A stretch of 64,000 bases of DNA, taken from NCBI GenBank assembly GCA_044892525.1, contig CM097885.1, positions 10,604,001 to 10,668,000 on the forward strand. Direction: 5' to 3'. Below, one piece after another: positions 27,383-41,165 of the stretch; positions within the stretch are counted from its first letter, which is position 1, and each line of letters opens with the position of its first letter. Source of the DNA: Schmidtea polychroa (taxonomy: Eukaryota). The notes below the pieces were generated by a model that saw only the letters and a list, made by a program, of their open reading frames with translations, ran no database searches and was not told the origin of the DNA. Position numbers and translations under genes: made by a program.

Positions 27383-27880
27383 ATGGCTGAAAAAAATTTG
27401 GATTTTGAATCTGACAACTCAACTTTGAGTTTTCGAGAAATGGACGACAAAACATCGTAAGATCTATTTATAAAATATTTTTGAAGTTAATATTTCTTTA
27501 TATTTTCAGATATTTCTTTGGAGACATTTCCATTTTGCGAAGGTGAAGATCTGACAATGTAAGAATTTTTTTATTTAATTACAAATAATTAAAATATTTT
27601 ACAGCATATCAGATATTTCTAGTCAAACGCCTTTGTGTGAAGATATTCAACAAGTTCCATCGACATCTTTGGAATTGAAGAAAAAAATTCGAAAATCGTA
27701 AATTTTAATAACTTATTTTGCAAAAATAATATTTTCAAAGAATTTCAGAAAATGACAAAATCCGTCTACATCGTCAAAGAGGCTATTAAAAATGAGCTGG
27801 AGAAAGAAGATAACAAAAACTTAAAAAACAATTTTATCCATATACGCCTAAATGTCTTAAAAAAATAAATGTGTTTGGTG
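27383..27880 (+). pseudogene. Decayed spliced gene fragment, possibly the N-terminus of a Sola1-like transposase
   Basis: Four short exon-like blocks with GTAAG/AG borders; last block KIRLHRQRGY*K*AGERR*QKLKKQFYPYTPKCLKKI contains stops. Family assignment is from recall only. Confidence 0.3.
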
Positions 27881-27930
27881 ATTATTTTATTTCTTTTTAG
27901 TTAAAAATATATATAACTTACATTTTATTG

Positions 27931-30900
27931 TGTTGGGCCAAGCTTCGAGAGTATTGCAAATCAGGTTAAGGATGAATAAGGGGGATAAAATAAATTTCAC
28001 GAAAAGCGCGAAAAATAAAAGAACAAATAAAATTAGATAAACATAACAGGAATAAAGGGAATAAAAATAACTAATGAAAATAATAAAAGACGAAAAATAA
28101 GATGAAAAAGAAAATAACGCACCACACATAATAGCAGAAGGAAATAAAATAATAAATTTAAGGAAAATAAACCAGAAATTAGGAAATAAAATAAAAATAA
28201 ATCATTTTCAAATAAATACATAAACTAATTAAAACAAAAAATTATACTATAACCGAAAAACAATAAAGTCACAGGAAAAACATGAGGGAAATAATAAAAA
28301 AAATAGAAAAATAAATAAAATAATAAGAAAAAATAAGAAAAAGTCATTAAAATATACCTTATTACATTAAAAAACATAAAAATAATAATAAATAATAATA
28401 TTACACGCAAGTCGCGTCCTGATTGGACGGAAAATAATATAAAAGAAATGGAAAATATCTGTAGAGTACCATTTAACCAAACTGCTCTACAGATCTACGA
28501 TTCATACAGGAACCACTTATCAAACGTCATTGAACAGATTTACAGGGACTACCTTTAGGAAAATTATTCAGATAGCGATCGGAATTTAGGCAGAATAACA
28601 GTACACTTAACTTGGAGAAAAAATCTAGACCTTATTTTCAGTACTCTCGGAGAAAATTATAGTAAGTAAGATGAATGTGTTTGATTTATGATTGATTTAC
28701 GTAACAATGATTAAGTAAAATATTTTATTTTTAATAAAAATTTATTGATTACAAAGATGTTCTCTCTCTATGGCTGGCGACGACGTTGTTTGGGAATCGG
28801 ACATGATGCGGAGACTCGGATGCCTTTTGCAAGGAAATGCTTGGGAGCGAACGATAATAAACGAAGATGTTGAATCAAGTATTTGAAGGAAATTAATCTC
28901 ACTGGGAATGAAATGGTAATATGCGATGAATATCACGATGTAGCATCATGTTCGAGATACAGACGGCGTGGTCGCCAGGTAACTAATTTCTCTAGCAATA
29001 TTAATCCATTTTGTAAACTATATGATTTATTTTTTCGTTTGATAATCGTTCATGGTATTGAGGTTTGGAGAGATAGAATCGTCCTTCCTGACGGTCCAAG
29101 AATGGTGGCAGAGATGTATGCCGTTCTTGGGTGAGTCAGGAAGGGTGAGGACATCTGGTAGACGATGACAATGGAATTGGGAGGAACCTTTTCGCCGGGT
29201 GAGATCATTTACTCTCGAGGATTCTCTTCATAAAGGCATAATAGTCATTCATCTCGATAGGAGGAGAAATACCATAGGAAGTGCTGGGAAAAACTACTCA
29301 CGTCCAAGCATTTCTGCGAATTCAATCATTTTCCAATGAGTTTCGTCACTTTTCGACGCTGATGGACGAGCTATTACTAAAACCACTTGAATGATAGAAG
29401 ACTATGTTTGACATGAAAATATCTATGAGGATCGTCATTGCTTTCTTAAGAGTAAAATCCTTTAGAGGTGCACACCGCCAAGTCGTTAGCGGGTAGATCG
29501 ATCACTCCAATTTTCCTTTTATCCGATTAGAGAGAAATCGGTAAACAAACGTCGAAAAACTGTCATCATCGTCAACTCGTTCGCCTAGGCAAAATGTCAG
29601 AGTCTTGCGATAACTAGTGTAAATACGCGCGACAGTCTTGAGAAAATCCTGGACTCGGCCGATCGTTGAAAATTTATCCTACAATCTGATTCTCCTACAA
29701 TCGAACGGTAGTGAATAGATAAGCCATGTTCTAAAAATACCCAGTTTTAGATTAACGGATAACAACTTCTTCATAAAGGCGTTCATCGCCGACTATCGGA
29801 GTAAATATGGTTAATAGGAGAACAATCACGGAGTTGGGGTTGAGTCGATCAACGTGGTGAATATCCAAAAATTAGAACATCGATATCAAAATTCACATAT
29901 AGAGTTTGTTTTCATCCACATAAAATCCAACAGCAATATTACATGCGACGACCGATAATTCTGCCAATGCACACCTGTGCGTCTACTAACTCCCGGACGG
30001 AGTATAAAGTGATGACGTCATTTCGAGCCACACTGAAACAATAGGTGGTAAATTGAATAACGATTTTACGACAAGAATCGGATAGGGAAAATTTCTTACT
30101 AGCAGATTTTGTTTCCCACTACGATTGCATAGGGTCTACCTATAATAAATTCCAGCATGCACTTTCGAATCATAGCGAAGAACAGTGATCTAATCAGCGG
30201 TTTTCTATGACTACTCACACGGCGGTAAATTAAATTAGATTATTTCGCAATTAGATATTTAATGTGACTAGAATTTCCCTTGCGTTTTAAAAAGTGCCCA
30301 ATTAATTCAAAACCAGACACGTCGAGCGATAATCGTAAAATTTCTTTGGATTCAAATAACATACAATTTCCCGTAAGCTACATAGTTGAATAATCAACAT
30401 ATAACTAATGCGAGGATGATGTTAATGATGATAAATGATTTTTAAATTTTTCGAAAAACATGCAGTTTGCCTGAATTAGGAGATAAATAAAAGAAGTATT
30501 TATCAAGTTTCCAATAGTTAGAATATTGCTAATACAGCGAATATACGCTTGTTATGGGTCCCGCTCCTTTTCCCTAGCTTGTATGATTTGCGTTGAGTGA
30601 ACAGGTTCGTGGTGGTAAATAATACTCCGTATGTTTACAATCTGTCGAAGCTTTTCTGAGGGTCGTCGAGCTATATGTCGAGGGAGTTACCATGATTTCA
30701 CGAGAGATCCGTCAACGAATGCACAAATAATTTTCTGGTAAACTTAATAGGAACCTTCTTTATCTTTAGATGACTGCACCGATCAAATAAGGAAAGGATT
30801 TGCGCCCATGCTTCTCGTGCTCGGACAAAAACGAAGATATTAGGAAGTTGCATCTCTACATCGGGGCCTTGAAGAAGCGCATAGACCTTTATGAAGGCAC

Positions 30901-32076
30901 GTGGTTTTCCCCGCCACAAATGAAGGAGGAGCGAAACAAGATATTAAGACTGGAGCACTGCCGTGACAGTCTCCTCGAGGAAAGCAGGTGCCAGAGGCTC
31001 ACGATAAAAGCCCAATCAGAGGCCTTGCATAAGATATACACGGACGTCGAAATTTCAAAGCGAGTTCGGGAATATCCGATCCAGGACGGAACAAACGTGT
31101 TTCCAATTCACCATCAAATGTTCGTAGCCCCATCGACAACCAACTGCAAAGGACATGGCTCCCAATTATCTCCTATTCTCGCTCCGTCTCTCTCAAGTGC
31201 CAGGCCCCCAACACAAGGCCCATCGGACCCCATTTTAGCTCCAGTACTGCAGCCTCATTCGACTCAACCAGCGGTCAACCTCGCGTCATCGAATCGGAAA
31301 CGCAAGCGGCCGACGCACGCCGAGAAAAATCAAAAACGCAGGGATGCCATCGCTGCGCTGGAAGCTTCGTTATCAGTGGCCCAGTCCACCATCAAAGAGA
31401 TCTCGAATTCTCACGTGATTCCGGCCAAAGAAATATTCCGAGTAATTCCGGCCGATGGTATCAAATATCTCGCGGATCGCCGATTACCTGTGGATATCGA
31501 CGAAGTATTCGCCGACGGAGAAGTTTTCTGATGAGTCAAGCCAACGACAATACCTATTTCTTGCTCTCGATAGACCTACCGACTAACCCTCTGGTGTAAA
31601 ATAACTTATCTGTAGTTTGCTTGTTATTTTAGTAAACATTGGTGTAAAATGTTTTGTTTTTGGTAATAGATGTATGTAATCTAAACAATATAATTTTCTT
31701 GGGATTAGATGATTTGTTTGCGAGAAGGATGGGTGGAATAAACGGATTGGATGATAAACTGAAAATGTGTCATTGAATGAAGGTCGTCCCCTTGGACCAG
31801 GGTCGGACCAGGTATAAGTGTAGAAAGGGGTAAGTTCTTCTAAGGCACCGTGGAATCCGAACTGAGAAGGGGTTAGGAGTAGTCCTAAGGCAGGGGCTCA
31901 CCTGCTAACTTCTTCCGACCCGTGCGGGCAGCACCAACGTGGAACATCACCACGGGCTCACACGCGGGAATATTAGCAAGATCATCTGGGGTATGACGGG
32001 GAATGGCCAGAGTGGAACGAGGATGATTTGTATGTTTGGCAATGAGGTTAATCTTTTTCCCCTGCATATCCCAACA
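27931..32076. mobile_element. 4146-bp TG...CA insertion, probable giant solo LTR
   Basis: TGTTGGG...CCCAACA termini, perfect 4-bp TSD ATTG (27927-27930 and 32077-32080), visibly higher GC than the flanks, no terminal direct repeats and no gag/pol. Confidence 0.78.
30800..31531 (+). CDS. Hypothetical protein within the giant LTR (CxxC, coiled coil, Pro/Ser linker, basic NLS-like stretch)
   Basis: 243-codon open frame; the TTG start is doubtful (first ATG at 30920). CFSC, heptad-like helices and NRKRKRPTHAEKNQKRR. Confidence 0.5.
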   Translation: MRPCFSCSDKNEDIRKLHLYIGALKKRIDLYEGTWFSPPQMKEERNKILRLEHCRDSLLEESRCQRLTIKAQSEALHKIYTDVEISKRVREYPIQDGTNVFPIHHQMFVAPSTTNCKGHGSQLSPILAPSLSSARPPTQGPSDPILAPVLQPHSTQPAVNLASSNRKRKRPTHAEKNQKRRDAIAALEASLSVAQSTIKEISNSHVIPAKEIFRVIPADGIKYLADRRLPVDIDEVFADGEVF

Positions 32077-33095
32077 ATTGAAATAATTCCAAATTCCTAA
32101 CATATCATAAAATACCTAAAAAAGCACCTGAAATTTAATTATCAATATATTATAAATATATTATAAATGCTGATTACAAGTAATATTTAAGAGCTTGAAT
32201 AATGATCTCATAATTATATGAAATCAAAATTCAAGCCTTAAAATATACTTAAATTTAAAAAACTTACTTCTAAAACCATAAATAAAATTGAATTGAGAAT
32301 GAAAATATGAAATAAACATTCTCATAAATGGTGAGTCATCGATTGATGAACACACCAACATGCATTATAGAGACTTTTAACATGTGGAAACGAGTGTATC
32401 ATGTGGCGTACAAATTATCTACTTATAGCACATTCAATTTGGAAATGGTATATATTCTGACTGTGAAGAAAATCTGAAATGTTGGTGTTTTTTTTATTTG
32501 CTCAAAATTTGTCTCAAATTTTATTCCCATTGCATGAGGATTTGAATTGCCAATGATATCTGGTTCAGTCAACATATTAATATTTAAGCTTCATTATTTA
32601 TAATGACAAGTTTTAAATTTAATTTCCTTTTAATGGTCAAATAAAACTTCCCTAAACTTATGAGATGTAATTATATGTATCATATTAAAAAAAGATCCCA
32701 AGTGTAGGAAAGCATAATTATTCTATGCAAATCACGTTTCCTTTGACCCGGAATCCTGTAAACATCGGATGTAGAAATTCAATCTAATTAATACAACAAT
32801 TTGATGGAACTTTCAAGAGTAATAATAATAGTTTTACGATTCTATGAAGTTTGAGTTCATCCGGATTTGAGAAGACGAATAATTGAAGAATTTATTTTCC
32901 GGAAATATCTTTAGGAAATTTTAATTATGGATTGCGTTTTCTATCAAATAAATAGTCCATCTCAAGCAGATTTCACTATTATATAGAGGTAAAGTTCAGT
33001 AAATTCAGTAAGTTTATGAATTTTTAATTTTGGTAACCCTATATTATTATTTATATATATATTTATTATTATTTATTATTAATAAAATTTTTTTA

Positions 33096-34076
<981 letters not shown>

Positions 34077-34434
34077 ATATTTTTGACAACATACTGGTCA
34101 CAGAATTTACCAAACAAAATTTTTTCTAAATATTTTTTCAGTAGTCTTTTACCTTAGTATTCTAGTTCCTATTAAAATTTTTTTTAAATCTTCATGTCCA
34201 AATTATCTTCATTATCTCATGTTCACTTGCAAGTTTTCAACTTATAAAATAATTTCATTGTAATTCAATTTGACAAATAAAGGAAATAAAGTAAATTATA
34301 ACTAATTGACATTTTTTTTCTTTATATTCACAATTTTATTCTACATTTAAAACAAATAAATTTATTTCGAAATAATTTTGTTTTATTTAATTCTATTTTC
34401 TATTCAGGAAAATTAATTGAATCAAAAGAAATTA

Positions 34435-35214
34435 ATGGATCAGTCTCTGAAAGTTTCGATGAGTATTTTTATATTTCTAGGAATCGCTCTACCGATAATT
34501 AATTTAATATTCACCTCCAAGATTAAAGTGTTTAAATTTTTTCTTTTCCAATGGATTTTTGATTTGGGAGTTTGGATTTTCCCGGGATTTCGCTATTTCT
34601 TGATTGTTTTTTTTCAATTCGATCTTCGACAGTTAAATGACTATTTTGCACAGGTCCATGAATATATGACCTACATAGTTTTAGACTGTTCCATTTGGTG
34701 TCATTTGGCATTGTTTAATCAAATTAGCTGTCAATTAAGATTCATTTTGGTTATTTTGGGGATCTCTGTATGTAAGAACTTTCTGATCTTTATCCCGAGT
34801 GTATCGGGGTTGGTAGTGGTCGTAACCCACTTTGTCACAAGTATTTTAGGTCCTATTTTGTGTGAGATTGTGATATTTTGTTTGCCATACTGGAAACAGA
34901 ATTTTGCAAGTGAGAATAAAACTCATATAAAACTGTTGAAATATTATTTATTGAATTATATATATTTTGTTTTAACGAGCATTCCAAATGGCGTTTTTCT
35001 AATAATTACTAATTTGAGTGTTGAGGATTTTTTATCAGAGTCATTACATGGCTTAGTTTACAACTGGGTTTCGTTGCTTTATGTTGGGAGTAGTTTGGTG
35101 AGAGCTTTGACATTTATTATACTTTTCCGAGTTTCAATTATTTCTCATACTTCTTTAGGGGACAGTGAAAGTTATTTATCTACAGATATTGCTGTTATTC
35201 AATCAGATGTATGA
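34435..35214 (+). CDS. Divergent rhodopsin-like (class A) 7TM receptor, intronless CDS
   Basis: About seven hydrophobic segments; ECL1/TM3 FDLRQLNDYFAQVHEYMTYIVLDCSIW resembles invertebrate peptide-GPCR DIR...CKxHxFLTY..DxSxW; TM6 FVLTSIP. ATG at 34435; upstream TTCAG acceptor at about 34407. Confidence 0.65.
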   Translation: MDQSLKVSMSIFIFLGIALPIINLIFTSKIKVFKFFLFQWIFDLGVWIFPGFRYFLIVFFQFDLRQLNDYFAQVHEYMTYIVLDCSIWCHLALFNQISCQLRFILVILGISVCKNFLIFIPSVSGLVVVVTHFVTSILGPILCEIVIFCLPYWKQNFASENKTHIKLLKYYLLNYIYFVLTSIPNGVFLIITNLSVEDFLSESLHGLVYNWVSLLYVGSSLVRALTFIILFRVSIISHTSLGDSESYLSTDIAVIQSDV

Positions 35215-35284
35215 CACTAATAAATTATTCCTGTTATAGTTTGAAGTTTTATCTTATTAGGAAAAGTATTAGTTACAGAGTTTA

Positions 35285-36250
35285 TTAATAATTATATAGA
35301 AAATATTAATTATTATAAATAGAATATTAATTAATATATAGAAAATATTAATTATTAATAATAAAATATTAATTATTATAAATAAAATATTAATTATTAT
35401 AAATAAAATATTATTTATTATATAGAAAATATTAATTATTATTAAGATAATATTAATTATTATATAGAAAATATAAATGATTATAAAGAAAATATTAATT
35501 ATTATAAATAAAATATTAATTAATATATAGAAAATATAAATGATTATAAAGAAAATATTAACTATTATAAATAAAATATTAATTAATATATAGAAAATAT
35601 TAATTATTATTAATAAAATGTTGTTTATTATATAGGAAATATTAATTATTATAAATAAAATATTATTTATTATGTATGAGATATTAATTATTATAAAGAA
35701 AATATTATTTATTAAAAAAATATTAATTAATATATAGAAAATATTAATTAATATATAGAAAATATTAATTATTATTAATAAAATTTTGTTTATTATATAG
35801 GAAATATTAATTATTATAAATAAAATTTTAATTACTATAAATAAAATATTATTTATTATATAGAAAATATCAATTATTATAAAGATAATATTAATTATTA
35901 TTAATAAAATTTTGTTTATTATATAGGAAATATTAATTATTATAAATAAAATATTAATTATTATAAATAAAATATTAATTAATATATAGAAAATATCAAT
36001 TATTATAAAGATAATATTAATTATTATTAATAAAATTTTGTTTATTATATAGGAAATATTAATTATTATAAATAAAATTTTAATTACTATAAATAAAATA
36101 TTATTTATTATATAGAAAATATCAATTATTATAAAGATAATATTAATTATTATATAGAAAATATAAATGATAATAAAGAAGATATTAATTATTATAAATA
36201 AAATATTATTTATTATGTATGAGATATTAATTATTAAGATAAATATTAAT
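35285..36250. repeat. AT-only minisatellite, ~22-bp unit (AAAATATTAATTATTATAAATA-like)
   Basis: Directly visible degenerate tandem array. Confidence 0.9.
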
Positions 36251-36536
36251 ATGCGGACTTTTATTCTTGTAAATTTATTTTTTTACTAGTCATCCAAAAT
36301 GCAATTTCCAGTAAAAGTTAAATTGAGAAACATTCTCATATACCTATAAAATTTTAGAAGTAATACGCCATCTTTAAGTTCTAGCAATTTTTTTTACTTA
36401 ATTGTTTACATCAGGCATACTTTTAGGAATTTTTATTGTTTCTTTGATAATAGGTTTCCTCGTTTTCATAGAGGTTGCTTGATTTTCTGTATAAGAAGGT
36501 CTAGTTTAAAATTAATATTCTTTATAATAATTAACC

Positions 36537-37000
36537 CTATATACGTATATATAAACTTTCCTGGGCCATAGTTGATCTAACAGCATTTCTAATATGTTCG
36601 AAATGACTGAAGGATCGTTTACCGGTGCAGTTTGAAACATGCAGAGTAAGATAAATGTGCAGAACAACATGCACATTTGGAAACCCGGTCTTCAGATTCA
36701 GTTCATTCATCAATTTCAACATTTGCATCGGTGTTTTCTTTGTCGGCAATGATCGGATTTCTGTTAGAAATGTTCACCACTTAATCCACTCATCACAGAG
36801 GCCATCAGTGACATCATAATAGTAGAATTCCACAAACAATTTTAAAGACTCCATTGCTGCAGTGCTGCGTTCATCATCGACGTACAAGAAATAACAACGA
36901 TCGTCAATTGCTTTGAATTCTTCAGTTCTACAGTGGAAGCAATTATAACATAATAGGTATCGACTTTGAACTTTTCCTCGTCCGTTAAAACAACAGGTTG
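36537..37000 (-). pseudogene. hAT (Tip100/ZMYM1-like) transposase C-terminal remnant
   Basis: FPNVHVVLHIYLTLHVSNCTGKRSFS...RNAVRSTMAQE matches the hAT dimerization-domain pattern. Confidence 0.75.
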
Positions 37001-38045
37001 TTCATTGCTATCAATTGCTTTGCAATTTATTAATTTATTAAGTCAAAAAATTCGTTTTGGAACCGGTCACGTGGGGGGAAACTTTTTTGCTATAATCTTA
37101 TTAAATAAAATTTGTTGAAATATAAAAAAATACCCCTTGGATTTCACAATTAAAATATTCAATCTTGTGTTTATTGTTTATTTTTATGTAATTTTTTTGT
37201 TTTTTATTGTAGTTAAAATTGTTGTTCATTATTTTAGTAAAAGTCTCAAGACCTGTCTTTCATTAAATAAAATTCTTGTTATTATATTTGGAAAATAATT
37301 CAAGACAAAATATATTTGTTTTCAATAATTAATATGTTATGACTATTTTGTTACAATTCATGAATTATAATTTTGTTTTTCTTTAATTTTTTGAAATATA
37401 TTCTGTGATAATTGACATTTGCACATCTGACAAATCGATTACGTAAGCGTGAAAATCCGCAACAAATTCATCCAATCAAATCCGAGTACGGTGAAATTAT
37501 TGATTATTCGTAATTTAATCAGCAGATGAAATCGAATTTTTCAAAGAATAATTTCTTTTTCTTTCACATGAGAAATCAGTTGTTGAAGAGCAATGCAAAT
37601 TTGTGTTATTACATCATTTTCATTTTTCCACATTCTTTCTGGGCTCCTTGATGTCATTGTGAAAGCAATTTGCAAAAATAATAATTGTAATTATAATATT
37701 ATTATTTTTTTTATTATTTATTATTCATTTCTCAATTGCGCATTAATTTACAGAATTTTTAATAATAAAATCATTAAATTGGTAAAAATTGATGATTTAA
37801 ATAAATTATTGTTAAATAAATGTTGATGTTATTTTATTCAAAATCGAAATATTGAGGCTGGTGCAAATTAAGGCACTTTTTTACCATAAAATTTGAAACG
37901 GTGAAAACTTTTGCCACCTAGATAAAAATTTGTTTATCCCGTTAACACAAAAATTCTGGATTTGGGAAATGATAAACTCTTGAAAGGCTTTTTTGGCAGC
38001 ATCTTGATTTCTGAATATTTACTACTAGCGGTGAAGTTTTTTTAT

Positions 38046-38350
38046 TCAATACATGGACACTGAGGTGTTGAGCTTCTTCGCCTTTCTGATTCGTTTCAAA
38101 TGGCTAACAATTTCATTCGGTACTTTTCTCATTGATTTGAGTGGGTAAGCTTTGATTATCTCCTTCGAATGGTTGTCGGAAACAACAAAATGACGACGCA
38201 ACCTTATTTGTCTTTCTCCACTTCCAATTTTTTTAACAAACGAATGACTACATATATGTACACTACTTTTGCCCCAAGATTGTTTATTTAAACTTACACA
38301 CATTATGATTTGACAATTGCAGCAAATGCGTAGGCAGACAATACAAATCA
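38046..38350 (-). pseudogene. Possible THAP-domain (P-element-like) remnant
   Basis: W..SSVHICSHSF...QIRLR resembles the THAP pattern W.....ICSxHF....RLK. Confidence 0.3.
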
Positions 38351-38358
38351 GTATAAAT

Positions 38359-39127
38359 TGTTGGACAAATACTAAGAAAACAAAAAAATTGTTTAGTTGA
38401 ATCAAAAGGGGCAACTAAGAAAATGTCAGAAATTAAAATTTAAAAGAAAGGAAATGGGAAAATAGAAAAAATAAATAAAAATACATTAAATAAACTAAAA
38501 AGGAAAAGAAGATAAATAAGATTCAACTCTTTTCTTTACTCCTTTGACTTAACTTCATTCTTTTATTTTCCTTTCCGCTATTTTTATCTTCTATCTTTAA
38601 TATTTCTTTTTTAGTCCTAATGTCGATTTCTTCGTCCCTACCTGAGGCAAAATGCCAATTGTTTCTGAATTTGAGCTCCCTTATATAGTTGAAATAATCA
38701 CCCTAAATAATGTAATTATATCTCCTTTTGACAGGCTTTGCCTCGCAGCCTTTTTCATCTTTTCTCCTTTGAAAGAAATAATTAATTGTCCCACCGTGCG
38801 TTTCCCTTGCGATAATCTCTTTCCCGTTTTCCCATTACTCATGTTGTCATGATAATGGTTTTCCAGAATCCATTTTGTTTACTTTTCTTTCTGTTTATTT
38901 AACTCGGGTTTTCCTTAATTAATTAATGATTTTCTGTTTTTGTACGTTTGCTTGCATTTTGACCTTTTCTAAACATATTTTGAAGAATCCGTTCTTGCCA
39001 TGATCTTTCCCATAATCTCATTTACATCTGACCCGTTTTTCAAATTTTAATTCGATAAATTGTTGCTTTTTGAATTTTCCAATATTCCACTTTTAATTAC
39101 ATCATTTTAAATTTAACAACCCCAACA
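38359..39127. mobile_element. Probable older solo LTR, 769 bp
   Basis: TGTTGG...CCAACA termini; TSD AAAT / ATAT (3/4); shares GAGCTCCCTT with 23093-23735. Confidence 0.5.
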
Positions 39128-39349
39128 ATATTATAATCTTTAATAATTTTTTTTGTGCATTAAGTTAATGTAGTTATACATATCACATCAACTTTGAAGC
39201 AGTTAGATAGAACTTGTAGACACCTATAGAAGCAAAACTTTAATAAGGTTATATTACCTCCATTTCAAGAGTTTTGTATAAATAAAATTAATAAAAACGA
39301 GGTAGATAAGAATAGCCAGGACTAAATAAATGTAAAAATCTATTGGCAA

Positions 39350-40160
39350 AAATGAAACAGCGGTGCCAGTAATAAATTTAACAACATTTTATATTGCTAG
39401 TGTAAGTGGTAGTACTAATACCACCTGCGCTTCGAGTTAATTGCAGCATGGATACAATGTAAAATTTCTGCAAGTTCGTGGTGAGGTATACAGTAGAAGC
39501 GGCTCCTCAAGTCGAAAGGGTCGAGTCTCTGGTTCGGAAGTCTCGAAGGATTAAGGTAACATGGTTCTGACAGGAGTATGTCAAAAAATTACAACAACGG
39601 ATTGAATCGATTGAGAAGTCCCGGGTCAAAGATCGCAAAATTTCCCCACTCGTAACCCACAAAGATATTGACTAAAAATTCATTTTTTCAACTTCCTAAC
39701 TTGTGGCGGAACTAGTTAAAACTTGTGGAACGCAGAAATAGAAATATATGATATGGAGATTCAATATCGAATAGGCAAAGATCATACATATGCTGATACA
39801 CTATCAAGACTTCCAAGATATGGACAACGTCAACTACAAACATAAAGAACCACAGAAGAGATGAATCATGAAGAGGACATTTAAAAAGGATTTTATCCTC
39901 TTTGGTGTGGAGGTGGCTAATATTCAAACAAACGTTAAACGATAGCGAATCCAAAATAACCTAGTGTTGGCGTTTATGGAAAAGATAAACAAAACAACGA
40001 GACGACGACCTATTAGCTCTTATGTGAACGCCTCTGATTTACGGACTTTCGGCCAATGTATCCAGGAAGACTGTCATGTTGGTGCTGTGTACTGTTGTCG
40101 AAAATCAAGAGACGGGTGAGGTCCTGCCTTACAACTACTCTATCACCTGTATTTTCTAGT
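39350..40160 (+). mobile_element. Degraded Gypsy pol remnant (tentative)
   Basis: Traces of protease NSGASN and RNase H VNASD...QE...YNYSIT. Confidence 0.35.
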
Positions 40161-40880
40161 GGGTTCGCGACTGTCGTTCGAATGTTTTACGTCTAGATGT
40201 TGCCATACCAATAAAATGGTAATACATGTTTTTGAATAAATAAATTCGAATTTTAGCCGGATTTTACGTAAATATGTTGTCATTCTATGAATAATTTGAT
40301 AAAAATGTCAGCAATGACTGTGTTGCGATCCACGGTGGAGATCGCCTCACAAAACTCCTGCTGATTGCGAGAAAAACGACAAAATGGCCTGTAGGAAGAC
40401 AACTAGTGCCTCCCATCCAACAATTTGTGACATTTCCCCCTATATGAACCCATAAATATATCTAAAATCATATAACATTCTATTTATGACATCTTTAATA
40501 AAATAATATAGACCAAATAATGATAAAATGATTAGTAATTACGAGGAAGAAGCAACTCCAATTTTTAAAACTTTATAAAATACAGAGATAAACTTCAAAA
40601 ACTAAAATTACCAGTTGTGACATCCTTGTTAACCTCTTAAGTGACTAATACGGATATATACGTCATCAACATATGCATTACAAAACACATAAGACGAATA
40701 AAAATATATCATGTGTAATGTACAGTTATATATTTTACTTATTTTTAAACAAGGTTTTGCGACGCCTTCTTATTTTATTGAGCGTAGGTCGCGCTGGAAA
40801 AAGAAATAAAAAACTATATAGCGATTATTTACCATAGTAAATTATCGCTATAAAAATATTGACAATTAAAAAAATTCAAT

Positions 40881-41165
40881 AAAGATTTGTATTTCAATTC
40901 AAAGATAAAGATAAAGTTTCAAATTCTATTAACAAGTCAAAAATTTGTATTTCAATACAAAAGTAAAGATAAAGATTCGAATCCTAATAACAAGTTAAAG
41001 ATTTGTGTTGCAATACAAAGAGAAAGACAAAGATTCAAATTCTAACAACAAGTTAAAGATGTGAGTTTCAATATAAAGATAAAGACAAAGATTCAAATTT
41101 TAATAATTAGTTAAAGATTTGAGTTCAGTATCAAGACAAAGACAAAGATTCAAGTTCTAACTAAC
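40881..41165. repeat. 58-bp tandem repeat, ~5 copies
   Basis: Unit AAGATTTGTRTTTCAATACAAAGA.AAAGAYAAAGATTCAAATTCTAA.AACAAGTTA. Confidence 0.9.

Noticed and set aside
26792..33041. TAGGGTT...AACCCTA as TIRs of one large DNA transposon
   Set aside because: The match is short, needs an indel, and has no TSD.
40881..41165. CRISPR-like array
   Set aside because: Contiguous tandem units without unique spacers, no cas genes, and a eukaryotic context.
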